A stretch of 64,000 nucleotides of DNA from Chloroflexota bacterium (GCA_024277995.1 JAJRUD010000045.1:12778-76777); one strand, 5' to 3'. Shown: positions 1 to 9,413, numbered from the stretch's first letter. A program made the numbers and translations. Notes: generated from the letters alone by a model not told the origin.

Positions 1-970
1 TAGGATTGCGGTTGACGAGGCCGAGGGCCCAGAAGAAGTTCAGCAGGAAATGGGCGTTCTCGCGATCGACCACGATGGGCTGCGTGGAACCCTGCAGAAG
101 GATCTCCTGCTGCAAGGCCGTCAGAGGGGCGCCGGCGCGCTCGTACACCGCGGCGAAGGCTTCGGCGTCGATGGCGCCAGCCTCGATCATGCGCGGCCCC
201 AGGTCTCCATAGGCCACGGGCAACGTGTACCCATCCCCGGGCAGCACGTCTTCCAGCAATGCCACCACCTGGGAGCCGCCCTCGAGCCCGAGCCCCCAGA
301 GGGCGGCGCGCCCCGCGGCGGAGGAGAAGTTCAGGCCTGCCCCAGTGGGGACCTGGGGAAGGAGATAGAACAGGGCAAGCACTGCGCCCACGACTGCCAG
401 CGGCCTGAGCGCCCGCACGGAGCCCGATGGCGCCGGCCGCGGTACGCCCTCCGGCTCCGCCTCGGGTTCTGAGCGCTCCAGCGAGGGCTTCCGCCGTTGC
501 GACCACAGCGCCAGGCCCAGCAACGCGCCCGCCAGGAGCTTCAGTTCCAGTCCCTGCAAGGGGAAGGCCCGCAGCCCTCCCTCGATGCCCATCAGGGAGG
601 GGATCGGCGCGCCGCAGGCCGGGCAGCCCACCGAGGCCAGCGTCAGGAACGCGCCGCTCAAAATGAGCCACATCCCTCGCGGCTGGCGGCCCTCGAAGGA
701 ACTCTGCAGTGCCCGCGCCGCGGCGAGACCGAACATCAGCGCCAACAATACGCCGAGCAGGCTGGAAACCCAGGCGTAGAAAGATGTCGTCATCTCGAGG
801 AAGGTCGCGATGCTCGAATCCCACAGCAAGACCAGCAGTTCCAGGGCCAGCAGGTTGAAGGCCAGGCTGAGAGTCAGGAGACGACGAGGGAAAGGAGGCA
901 GACCGGAACCGGAGTCATCATCGGGAACCGCGGTTTCGGTGGGGGAGGAGGGCTCGCGTTCGATCATCAC
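1..970 (-). CDS. Hypothetical membrane protein with CxxC (GCPACG) motif plus extracytoplasmic domain; 3' end runs off the window
   Basis: Not in the ORF track because it has no stop in the window. Manual translation from GTG970/ATG967 (RBS GAGAGG) is open to position 2: several TM helices, ASVGCPACG, ending ...NAHFLLNFFWALGLVNRNP. Confidence 0.75.
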   Translation of the reverse strand, partial: MMIEREPSSPTETAVPDDDSGSGLPPFPRRLLTLSLAFNLLALELLVLLWDSSIATFLEMTTSFYAWVSSLLGVLLALMFGLAAARALQSSFEGRQPRGMWLILSGAFLTLASVGCPACGAPIPSLMGIEGGLRAFPLQGLELKLLAGALLGLALWSQRRKPSLERSEPEAEPEGVPRPAPSGSVRALRPLAVVGAVLALFYLLPQVPTGAGLNFSSAAGRAALWGLGLEGGSQVVALLEDVLPGDGYTLPVAYGDLGPRMIEAGAIDAEAFAAVYERAGAPLTALQQEILLQGSTQPIVVDRENAHFLLNFFWALGLVNRNP

Positions 971-1081
971 AACCTCTCTGCTGGGGGGCTATCGGCATGC
1001 AGGGACTGCGCCGCCGCGTGATGTCCCGGGGCGACATCCCTGCCTCCCGCAAACCTTACATGCAAGCGGGTCCCTTTCCTA

Positions 1082-1095
1082 GGGCCATTTGGCCT
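1082..1095. promoter_or_regulatory. Palindromic operator GGGCCATTTGGCCT (recurrent box)
   Basis: Exact match to RGGCCAWWTGGCCY between divergent genes; TAAGGT -10 on the minus strand at 1058-1053. Confidence 0.65.
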
Positions 1096-1220
1096 GAAAG
1101 GCGTGGACGCCGCCAGCTTCAAGTAAGCCTTTGTGCCTAGCGTCTTTCGGCCAAACTACGCTTCGGTTCGGCTCTGATGCGTGGGAGAATCAAAGGTGAA
1201 ATGAGAGGACAAGGACTGTC

Positions 1221-2348
1221 ATGAGCAGCCGATTCTCCATCGCGATCGCCCGCATCACCGGAGTCGATATCCGCATCGATCTTTCATGGTTCATCGGCTT
1301 CGGGCTTATCCTTTGGTCGCTCGGGGACCTGTATCTCCCCAACATGTACCCCGATCTCACCCGCGGGGACACATGGAGCCTGGCGCTTGGCATGGCGACC
1401 TTCTTCTACGTATCCATCGTCGCCCATGAGCTCGCACACGCATGGGTGTCAAACCGGCTGAAAGTGCCCGTCAAGGTAATCACCCTGTTCATCTTCGGCG
1501 GCATGGCCCACATGTCGCGTGAGCCGCGTCGCGCACGCGATGAATTCTTCATCGCCTCGGCCGGCCCCGCGCTGAGCCTGGCACTTGTCGCAGCCTTCGG
1601 CCTTCTCGGTCGAGCAGGGCCCGAAGTGGTGGGCTTGAAATTCGCCGCCCTCGGCCATTGGCTGAGCATCGCCAACCTCTGGCTGTTCGCCTTCAACCTG
1701 ATCCCTGGCTTCCCGCTGGACGGCGGCCGCATCCTGCGCTCGCTCATTTGGGGCATCACCGGCAACTACCGGCAAGCCACGCGCGTCGCCGGCTTCCTGG
1801 GCCAGGCTTTCGGGTACGGATTGATGGGCTGGGGGATCATGCGCTCGCTGAGCGGCGCCTGGGCGGACGGGATGTGGCTGGTCTTCATCGGCTGGTTCCT
1901 GCAAAGCGCAGCGGCGCGCGCCACAATCCAAATGACCATGCTGCAAGAGCTGGCCGGCGTGCAGGCACGTGAAGTAATGGTCACTGACTGCCCCACACTG
2001 AACCCGGTCACGACGCTCGCGAGATTTATGCAGCAGGTGTCGCAATCCGGCGCCGATCAGTGCTTCCTCGTCGTCGGTGGAGGACGCGTGACGGGATTGA
2101 TCACACCCCGCGAGGCCCTGGCCGTCCCACGACGTGAATGGAACACAACCACCGTGGGACGTGTCATGAAGCTCATCGGCCAGTTCCAGGCCGTCCCGCC
2201 GGAGGCGAGCGTCTACGAAGTACTGCAGCAAATGGGGGAGGAACAGGTCGACCGAATCCCCGTCATCGAGGAAGGGCAATGGCTGGGCATGATCACGCGC
2301 GAGCGCATCCTGGCCCGTCTCCGCTTGGGTGGCCGGCTGCACCCTTAG
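1221..2348 (+). CDS. Site-2 protease (M50) with tandem CBS domains
   Basis: HELAH zinc motif, NLIPGFPLDGG motif, C-terminal CBS pair. Confidence 0.92.
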   Translation: MSSRFSIAIARITGVDIRIDLSWFIGFGLILWSLGDLYLPNMYPDLTRGDTWSLALGMATFFYVSIVAHELAHAWVSNRLKVPVKVITLFIFGGMAHMSREPRRARDEFFIASAGPALSLALVAAFGLLGRAGPEVVGLKFAALGHWLSIANLWLFAFNLIPGFPLDGGRILRSLIWGITGNYRQATRVAGFLGQAFGYGLMGWGIMRSLSGAWADGMWLVFIGWFLQSAAARATIQMTMLQELAGVQAREVMVTDCPTLNPVTTLARFMQQVSQSGADQCFLVVGGGRVTGLITPREALAVPRREWNTTTVGRVMKLIGQFQAVPPEASVYEVLQQMGEEQVDRIPVIEEGQWLGMITRERILARLRLGGRLHP

Positions 2349-2452
2349 CTGCGAGGCAACACCCACCCAGGGAGCCCAAATCACACGTGACCCCATCGGG
2401 GGATGGTATCCGCGACAGGCCAGGGGGCATCGAGGCCCATGAGGGATCCAGC

Positions 2453-3592
2453 GTGACACCACCAAGACGAACCGAGCAGGCACGCCGCGATCGCCGTCAC
2501 TCAGGCTCTGCCAAACCGGGTGGGGGCAGTCATCCCCAGCTCTCCGCGGACGTGGCCGGGGACCTCCTCAGGGCGGAGGAACGCGCCGCGCTGAGCAGCT
2601 TCAGCCGTTCGCTGGCCCCACTCGGCCTGAGCTACATCGAGGCCGCGAACCTGTGGACCGCCCTCAAGTCCAAGCCGGCCCTGCTGCTGACAGGCTCGCC
2701 GCGGAGCGGCCTGCGGGAGGTGGCCCTGCGTACGAGCCGGGCGCTCGTAGGCGAAGACCGAGGGCGCGGCCTGATCTTTCAAGGCCATCCATGGTGGACC
2801 GCCAGGAGCCGCAATTCGGCACAGCTCACTACTGCGCAGCAGCTTCTCACTACGGCTCGTCTGCGGGCGCTCCTGGCCGAAGCCACGCTCCACAAGGAGC
2901 AGGACGGCCTCTACGTGGCCGTCCTGCACGCGATCAGCCGCGCCGAAGTACGGACCTTCTTCGTTGATCTGCCACGACAGATCAGGACCTTTGGCGGTGT
3001 CTTCGAACTGCCTCTGGACCGCAGCGCCGAAATCATCCCCTTCCCAGACAACCTCTACCTGCTGGCGACCATCGACGAGCGCAGCTCACACATTCATGAT
3101 CCCCATGTGCTTGATAGCGGCATCATTGTCCGCCTGGGGCTCCCCATCCCTGCGGAAGATGATGGCGAAGCCTCCGGCGCGTCTGCCGCGACGCCCCCCC
3201 TCATGGATATATTGAGGGCCTGCCGACACTTCAAGCCGCGCGAGGCCCGTCTCGCCCTCCCGAAGCACGCCCACGGGCCCGATCCTCTCATGCCGCTGTG
3301 GGCGATCATGGCTTTCCTCAAACGGCACGCCTTGCGATGCCCGGCCGGTCTGGTCCAGGACGCTTTCCTCTTCCTGGGCAACGCCTGGGACACCAGCGGA
3401 AAGAGCCTATTCTCTGAAGACCCGCAGGCCAACAGCGTGCTGGCGGGCGACTTCTGGCTGCAACAGTGCGCCCTGCCCCGGCTGGCGCCAGCCATCCGGG
3501 AGCACGAGAGGCTGCACTATGAACTGGCCATGTGGCTGCCTCCCCGCTACCCGCGCGCGGCCGGCTACCTCCACCACCTTCTCGCAGACTGA
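2453..3592 (+). CDS. McrB-like AAA+ protein with degenerate catalytic motifs
   Basis: ALKSKPALLLTG, FPDNLYLLATID and VLD segments follow McrB motif order; Walker A/B altered; GTG2453 after GAGGG. Confidence 0.6.
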   Translation: MTPPRRTEQARRDRRHSGSAKPGGGSHPQLSADVAGDLLRAEERAALSSFSRSLAPLGLSYIEAANLWTALKSKPALLLTGSPRSGLREVALRTSRALVGEDRGRGLIFQGHPWWTARSRNSAQLTTAQQLLTTARLRALLAEATLHKEQDGLYVAVLHAISRAEVRTFFVDLPRQIRTFGGVFELPLDRSAEIIPFPDNLYLLATIDERSSHIHDPHVLDSGIIVRLGLPIPAEDDGEASGASAATPPLMDILRACRHFKPREARLALPKHAHGPDPLMPLWAIMAFLKRHALRCPAGLVQDAFLFLGNAWDTSGKSLFSEDPQANSVLAGDFWLQQCALPRLAPAIREHERLHYELAMWLPPRYPRAAGYLHHLLAD

Positions 3593-3829
3593 TGGCGAGG
3601 GCATGACGGCTTGTGCAGCGCAGCAGCCCACCCGGCCGCAAGATGTGAACCATCGCCGGGGCCGAACCGGAAGCAGCGCGTGAGCAAGATGGCCCTCGCA
3701 GAAGGCTGGATATTGTGCGAGAATGGCCCCGTAAGGGCCGGGGGGCGGTCTTGAGCGCCGCACCCGATCCTGGTGCCCCGGCCATGTCTCGCTGGCGAAT
3801 GTGCTGCCGGGCACCCTTTGGCCAGCGCC

Positions 3830-3896
3830 CCGCAAAATGGCCTATGCCTGCCAGGGCCAGACAGCGCTCCATGGGACCGAAGGCTGTTGGTACACT
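3830..3896 (+). promoter_or_regulatory. Tandem operator boxes (3830-3843, 3854-3867) and -10 TACACT (3891-3896)
   Basis: Two degenerate boxes 24 bp apart; the proximal one ends 23 nt before TAnnnT. Confidence 0.55.
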
Positions 3897-3982
3897 GATC
3901 ACGGCTCGAGAAGAGCCAGATCGCATTGTGCGGCTTCTTCACACGAGACTCGAGGATCGTGACCTGCGAAAGGAGCTTGACC

Positions 3983-4168
3983 ATGGCGAAGGATCCCGTT
4001 TGCGGCATGGAGGTTGACGAGGCGACAGCCCAGTGGACCTCCGAGCATATGGGCAAGACGTATTACTTCTGCGCCCCGGGTTGCAAGAAGGCCTTCGACG
4101 AGACTCCCATGAAGTACATGGAGAGCGAAGGCGAACATGGGGGCCATGAAGGACACAGCGCCCATTGA
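3983..4168 (+). CDS. YHS/TRASH domain metal-binding protein with His-rich tail
   Basis: MAKDPVCGM...YYFCAPGCK, tail EHGGHEGHSAH, RBS AAGGAG. Confidence 0.9.
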   Translation: MAKDPVCGMEVDEATAQWTSEHMGKTYYFCAPGCKKAFDETPMKYMESEGEHGGHEGHSAH

Positions 4169-4171
4169 GTA

Positions 4172-4207
4172 GCCAGGGGAGGCGGAAGCGCCTCCCCGGC
4201 TTCTTCT
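4172..4207 (+). terminator. Probable intrinsic terminator
   Basis: GGGGAGGCG-GAAG-CGCCTCCCC hairpin followed by GGCTTCTTCT. Confidence 0.55.
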
Positions 4208-4242
4208 ACCAGGCCGGGATCGCGTTACAAGGAGAGAGCACT

Positions 4243-4545
4243 ATGTCGGAGTCACAAGACTGTCACGTCGAACCGATCAGCAAGGAAGCCTCGGCACAGG
4301 AGATGGCGCAGACCACCGAAGCGCTGTTGCTCGTCTCAGGGATGGGTTGCCCTAACTGCGCTGCACGCGTGCGCAACAGCCTGCTGTCCCTGCAGGGCGT
4401 GGTCGAGGCCCACGTCGATCACCTGAACGGCCGGGCACACGTGACCTTCAACCCAGCCATGGTCACAGGCGACGCGCTCACCGAGGCAGTCCGCCTCGCC
4501 GGCGGCGACGGCCGCCACGAGTACCGCGCACAGGTCGTACACTAA
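4243..4545 (+). CDS. Heavy-metal-associated (HMA, CopZ-like) protein
   Basis: GMGCPNC motif; RBS AAGGAG. Confidence 0.88.
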   Translation: MSESQDCHVEPISKEASAQEMAQTTEALLLVSGMGCPNCAARVRNSLLSLQGVVEAHVDHLNGRAHVTFNPAMVTGDALTEAVRLAGGDGRHEYRAQVVH

Positions 4546-4608
4546 CAGGGAGTGTCCCGCCAATTTTGATGCGACCCCCGGGCACCCTCTTCTCCCCTCG
4601 GCACTACA

Positions 4609-5283
4609 ATGCGAAACCGCCGAAGTCTGCGCCAAGGCCTCTCACCGCTGCAGCAAGCCCTGCGGGCCTTGGCGTTCCCCACGGCCCTGGCCGCGGGGTT
4701 CTTCCTGGGCTGGCGCTTCTTCCTGGCACCAGAACCGAGCCGCCTCCCCCTGGAGACGCCCACATCCACCACCCCCCGCTCCGGAGCCAGCCCGACCCTG
4801 GAAGTCGTCCCAACCGGTCGGCCTGCCTCCAGCCTCGGGAGAGGCGTCCGGTTGGGACAGCCCGCCCCCGATTTCACGCTGCGCGATCTGAGCGGCAATC
4901 CACATACCCTGAGCGATCACCGCGGCCGGGTCGTGGTGATCAATTTCTGGGCGACCTGGTGCCCTCCCTGCCGGGTGGAGATGCCCGCCCTGCAGGACAC
5001 CTATGAGACCTACCGCGACCAGGGGGTCGTCGTTCTGGCCGTCAATCTCACCCAGGTCGACGAACTGGACGCCATCGAACCCTACCGTCAAGAGCTGGGT
5101 CTTACCTTCCCCATCTTGCTGGACAGCGCCAGCGAGGTCTCTAATGGCCTCTATCGTGTGCTGGGCATCCCCACCAGCGTCTTCGTGGACCGCGACGGCG
5201 TGGTGCAGGAGGTCTTCGTCGGCGCCATCCCGCTCGAAGAACTCGACACTAAAATCCGGAACCTGCTCGGAGGATCTTCATGA
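4609..5283 (+). CDS. TlpA/ResA-family thiol-disulfide oxidoreductase
   Basis: N-terminal TM, APDFTL, NFWATWCPPC, GIPTS; start uncertain. Confidence 0.9.
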   Translation: MRNRRSLRQGLSPLQQALRALAFPTALAAGFFLGWRFFLAPEPSRLPLETPTSTTPRSGASPTLEVVPTGRPASSLGRGVRLGQPAPDFTLRDLSGNPHTLSDHRGRVVVINFWATWCPPCRVEMPALQDTYETYRDQGVVVLAVNLTQVDELDAIEPYRQELGLTFPILLDSASEVSNGLYRVLGIPTSVFVDRDGVVQEVFVGAIPLEELDTKIRNLLGGSS

Positions 5284-6065
5284 GCCTACCGCAACCCGCC
5301 AGCGATCCCCCTGAGAGATTGCGCGGCCTGACCCTGCTCCACGCCTTGCTCTTCGTGGCGGGGTTCTCGCTGGTATTCGTCGTGGGATGGGGCGGCGCCG
5401 CCACACTGCTGGGTGGACTTTTCGGTCAGTACAAGACCGTCCTGGGCAAGGTCGGCGGTGTGTTGGTCATCCTCTTCGGATTGGTAACCATGGGCGTGCT
5501 GCGAATCCCATGGCTCTCCATGGACACCCGCCCCCAGATGCGCGTGCAGCCCAAGAACCGTTTGCTCCAATCGGGCCTTTTCGGCATCCTCTTTGCCGCC
5601 GGTTGGACGCCGTGCGTCGGCACCACCCTGGGCGCCATCCTCACTCTCGGCTTCAGCCAGGAGACTTCCGGACAGGCCATGGTGCTCGCCTCCGGCTATG
5701 CGCTCGGCCTGGGACTGCCCTTTCTCGCCCTTGCGCTGACCCTCGATCGCGCCCTGACCGTCGTCGGACGGCTGCGCAAGTACCAGCGCACCTTCCAGTG
5801 GATCAGCGGTTTCTTCCTGATTCTCATTGGGCTTCTGATGCTCACCGATCGCATCACGCTGATCGCCATCTGGGCGCAGCGCAACGGTTTCTACCTGGAC
5901 CTGCCCCTGGGTGCCGCCACGGCGCCCAGCTACCTGGCCTCCATAGCCGCCGGGGCGCTCTCATTCCTCAGCCCCTGCGTATTGCCCCTGGTCCCGGCCT
6001 ATCTCGGCTACCTGAGCGGCCAAAGCCTTGCGCCGGCGCAGACCCCGCCGGCCGCGGCCGCGTGA
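5280..6065 (+). CDS. ccdA: CcdA/DsbD-beta family protein, circularly permuted
   Basis: AAGWTPCVG in mid-protein; the normally N-terminal SFLSPCVLPLVPAYL motif is at the C-terminus. Confidence 0.88.
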   Translation: MSLPQPASDPPERLRGLTLLHALLFVAGFSLVFVVGWGGAATLLGGLFGQYKTVLGKVGGVLVILFGLVTMGVLRIPWLSMDTRPQMRVQPKNRLLQSGLFGILFAAGWTPCVGTTLGAILTLGFSQETSGQAMVLASGYALGLGLPFLALALTLDRALTVVGRLRKYQRTFQWISGFFLILIGLLMLTDRITLIAIWAQRNGFYLDLPLGAATAPSYLASIAAGALSFLSPCVLPLVPAYLGYLSGQSLAPAQTPPAAAA

Positions 6066-6135
6066 CCCGGCCCTCATTGGATCCGGCATAGCCAGCCGCG
6101 ATGTGCGGGCTGGCTGATAGGATGAACATCGATCG

Positions 6136-6600
6136 ATGGACGAAATTAAGCGGCGAAGCAAACCGATCTGGTTCGTGTACCTGATCTTTTCGGCCCTGCT
6201 GGCCTTCCTGATCATCACCTCGATGCGCACTACGCTGGCTGAGGCGCCCGCCCGCGAGGCAGTCATGGACCTGGGCCCCTGGGGCCTGGTCACGCTGCAG
6301 CTAGAGCCTGACCCCCATCCCCTGCCTCCCGACAGCCAGGTGAGGCTGGAATTCAACGCCTGGGATTCCCGCCGCCGCCCCATCCTCCCCGACGAGATCG
6401 AATATGCCTATGGACGCGCCGGCGACGACCTCGTCGTGGGCACCGGCAGCGCACAGATGGAGGGCCCCGGTTCATCCACCTTCATAGGCCGCGCTCAGTT
6501 CCCCGAGGCCGGCAAGTGGTGGCTGCGCGTATGGCTGCGCAAGGGGGACTTGCGCAGCCAGGTACGCTTCAACCTCAAGGTCGTCGAGCAGACACGCTGA
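6136..6600 (+). CDS. Membrane-anchored YtkA/FixH-like Ig-fold protein
   Basis: N-terminal TM, C-terminal FPEAGKWWLRV pattern. Confidence 0.55.
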   Translation: MDEIKRRSKPIWFVYLIFSALLAFLIITSMRTTLAEAPAREAVMDLGPWGLVTLQLEPDPHPLPPDSQVRLEFNAWDSRRRPILPDEIEYAYGRAGDDLVVGTGSAQMEGPGSSTFIGRAQFPEAGKWWLRVWLRKGDLRSQVRFNLKVVEQTR

Positions 6601-6660
6601 TCTCGCCGGGGCGCCGCGCTCCGCAGCCGCTGCGCTGCTGAGGGCCTCCCCTGCCAGCCC

Positions 6661-7176
6661 TCAGCCCCCTTTCCCCATCCCGCTCATCGCTCCGCCCATC
6701 TCACCACATAGCCGCGCCTTGTCCGTCGGTCGCAACCTGGCGACCAGCACCGGGCCGCTGAGCTCGGGGTTCGAGTCGCGCGTCATGCGACACTGGAAGA
6801 CGATGTCGTCACCGGCAGCAAAGGGGTACGTGTTCTCCCCCACCCGCAGTTCGCCCTTCCCTACCGCCCGGTAAACCGTGGGGAAGGGGCTGGCGAACCA
6901 ATAGGAGCCTTTGTCTTCCAGCTTACCTTCACCCAGCAGGCGCTGGATTTCACGCTTGTAGGCTATTTCATCTTCCATCCAGGGCTTGCCTCGCATCACC
7001 TCAAAGCGAATGTCCCGTTCCAGTTCGGCCAACCTACCCATCTTCTCATAGCTCTCGCGCGCATCCGGATCGGTGAAAGCCCACACGTCGGCGGGGTCTG
7101 GCTCTGGTTCGTCGGCTGTGGTATCCGCACGCGAGACGTACTGCGGGCTTCCAAACAGGGCTTTAAGGATGTTCAT
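6661..7176 (-). CDS. Hypothetical protein, paralog of 7434-7979
   Basis: ATG7176 with GGAGA RBS; shares DVW..TDP, ELE.DIR.EVMRG, ASP.P..YRA, C.MTRD and LCG.M with its neighbour. Confidence 0.75.
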   Translation of the reverse strand: MNILKALFGSPQYVSRADTTADEPEPDPADVWAFTDPDARESYEKMGRLAELERDIRFEVMRGKPWMEDEIAYKREIQRLLGEGKLEDKGSYWFASPFPTVYRAVGKGELRVGENTYPFAAGDDIVFQCRMTRDSNPELSGPVLVARLRPTDKARLCGEMGGAMSGMGKGG

Positions 7177-7286
7177 GGGGTCTCCTTTTGTTCCAATGTT
7201 CGACGGGGTCATCTTGTCTACGAGGCACCACGCCCCAACGGCAGAGGCGCAGATCCGCACCTTGATCCACCAGCTGTATTCGCCCC

Positions 7287-7402
7287 GGCATGGGAGCCGG
7301 GCTCTTTCCAAAAGAGCAGCAGCCGCGCCTCCGTCCCGGTCCTTTCAAAAGCAGCAGGCGGCGGCTCCCATGCCGCCGCGCCTGCGGCCCGGCATGGGAG
7401 CC
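7287..7402. repeat. Three copies of GGCATGGGAGCC (direct, inverted, direct)
   Basis: Copies at 7287-7298 (+), 7363-7374 (reverse complement) and 7391-7402 (+). Confidence 0.8.
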
Positions 7403-7433
7403 AGAGTTCCTTCTTCTTGTGCCTGGCGCTGCA

Positions 7434-7979
7434 CTAGCTCATGCGGCCCTGCATGGCGTCGACCATCACGCCGCACAGACGCTGGGTGCGTGCGTCGCGA
7501 AAGTCGCCGATCAACACCGGCAGGTCGAGCTCGAAACGGTCGCGCGTCATGGGACAGGCCCAGACGATCTCATCCCCCTTCTCGAAAGGGACTGCCTGCC
7601 CACCGAAGCGAAACTCACCGCCCGCCAGAGCGCGATAGATCGGCGGGTGAGGGCTGGCGGCCCAGAAGGAGGCCAGGGGCCTGATGAGCCCTTCCGCCTG
7701 CAGGCGGGCGACCTCCTGCAGGTAAGCCCGATCCAGCTCCGACCAATCCTGGCCGCGCATGACTTCGTAACGAATGTCCTGTTCCAACTCCTCCAGTGTG
7801 CCCTCGAACTCGTAACGGGCACGCGCCACCGGATCGGTCATCAGCCAGACGTCCTCCATTCCGGTGGACGCCGGCATGAAAGTGCTCCCGCAATAGGAGC
7901 ACCGGATGGCTTTGCCGTAAGTCCCGTCCCACTCAACGGGAGCCCCACAGCTCAAACAATCAAGTTGCCTCAGTCTCAT
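7434..7979 (-). CDS. Hypothetical protein: N-terminal zinc ribbon plus the domain shared with 6661-7176
   Basis: CLSCG...CSYCG followed by the paralogous domain. Confidence 0.75.
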   Translation of the reverse strand: MRLRQLDCLSCGAPVEWDGTYGKAIRCSYCGSTFMPASTGMEDVWLMTDPVARARYEFEGTLEELEQDIRYEVMRGQDWSELDRAYLQEVARLQAEGLIRPLASFWAASPHPPIYRALAGGEFRFGGQAVPFEKGDEIVWACPMTRDRFELDLPVLIGDFRDARTQRLCGVMVDAMQGRMS

Positions 7980-8075
7980 ACTCGTCCCCCGCTCACGATG
8001 TCCGAATCCAGCCCCCGCGATGCGCGGGCAGGTCCGCAGGTCACGTACGCGGTGCGGGTCACGCCCGTCGTCGCA

Positions 8076-9413
8076 TCATGCATACAGGTCCTCTCGCGTC
8101 AACGGCAGGTGGCTCCGCCCGCCGTCGAGTTTCGCCAACAGCATCTGGTTGACGTTGATGTTGCCGCTCTCGAAGCCGCGCACCGAGGCCGCCATATACA
8201 GACGCCAGATTCGATAGGTGGTCTCGTCGGTGGCCGCCACGGCTTGCTGGCGATGCTCCTCCAGCCGTCGGACCCAATGGCGCAGCGTGAGGGCGTAGTG
8301 TTCGCGCAGATTCTCCACGTCCCGCACCTCGAAGCCGGCGCGCTCAGCGACCAGCCCGGCTTCGCTCACGGGCACCAGCTCGCCGTCCGGAAACACGTAG
8401 CGCTGTTGAAACTCGCCCGAGCCGAGCAGAAAGCGCTTAAGCCAGGTGTCCCGGCGCCCAGCGGCCTGCGCCGCACGCCGCGAGATACCATGATTGAGGA
8501 AGAGGCCGCCCGGCTTCAGCAGCCGGAAGACGTGCGAGAAGTATTCGGGAAGGTGATCGCGCCCCACGTGCTCGAACATGCCCACGCTGACGATCTTGTC
8601 GAAGGTCGCGTCAGACAATTCGCGGTAGTCCTGCAGTTTGATCTCCGCCCGGCCCTCGAGCCCTGCGGCCGCCAGCCGTTCGCGGCCCAGCGCGACCTGT
8701 TGCTCGCTGAGAGTGACGCCGACGGCCGTCACCCCGTACTTCTCGACGGCATGGATCACCAGCCCACCCCAGCCGCAGCCGATGTCCAGCAGCTTCTCGC
8801 CCGGGCGCAGGCGCAGCTTGCGGCAGATGAGATCGAGCTTCTGCCGCTGGGCCGTGTCCAGGTCTTCCTTGCCCGTCTTGAAGTAGGCACAGGAATAGAT
8901 CATGGCGCGATCGAGCCACAGGGCGTAGAAGTCGTTGCCGACGTCATAGTGATAGGCGATGGCGGCCCGGTCGCGCTCGAGGGAGTGCCGTTCCCCCGAA
9001 AGGCGCGCCGGTCCCCTGCCATTCACGCGCCGCGCTCGGCCGCGCGGCAGCTTCGCCACCATGCGCGCCATCGTCGCCAGATCGCCAGCCTTGAGGGACC
9101 TCCCGCTGAAGCCATCACTCCAGGCGATGGCGGCGTGGATGTCGCCTTCGATGTCGAAATCCCCGTAAATGAAAGCCTCGCCCAGCGAAAGATCAAGCGG
9201 CGGCCTGAACATTCGCCGCAGAGCACCGGCGTGGCTGAGGACGAGCGTGAAGGGCGCCTCGCCAGATGCCCCGGTCAACGTCGTCCCATCCCAGAGGCGG
9301 ACGGCATAATCGCTTCGGCCCGTCAGTGCGAAGAGCCATTCGAGAAAGAAGCGTGCCGCCGTTCGGGCGCGATCCTCGGTCGGATCCTGCTGAAGGGCAT
9401 GTTGGGTGTTCAT
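8076..9413 (-). CDS. cfa: Cyclopropane-fatty-acyl-phospholipid synthase family methyltransferase
   Basis: HYDVGNDFY, YSCAYF, LLDIGCGWG, SVGMFEHVG, YVFPDGEL. Confidence 0.93.
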   Translation of the reverse strand: MNTQHALQQDPTEDRARTAARFFLEWLFALTGRSDYAVRLWDGTTLTGASGEAPFTLVLSHAGALRRMFRPPLDLSLGEAFIYGDFDIEGDIHAAIAWSDGFSGRSLKAGDLATMARMVAKLPRGRARRVNGRGPARLSGERHSLERDRAAIAYHYDVGNDFYALWLDRAMIYSCAYFKTGKEDLDTAQRQKLDLICRKLRLRPGEKLLDIGCGWGGLVIHAVEKYGVTAVGVTLSEQQVALGRERLAAAGLEGRAEIKLQDYRELSDATFDKIVSVGMFEHVGRDHLPEYFSHVFRLLKPGGLFLNHGISRRAAQAAGRRDTWLKRFLLGSGEFQQRYVFPDGELVPVSEAGLVAERAGFEVRDVENLREHYALTLRHWVRRLEEHRQQAVAATDETTYRIWRLYMAASVRGFESGNINVNQMLLAKLDGGRSHLPLTREDLYA

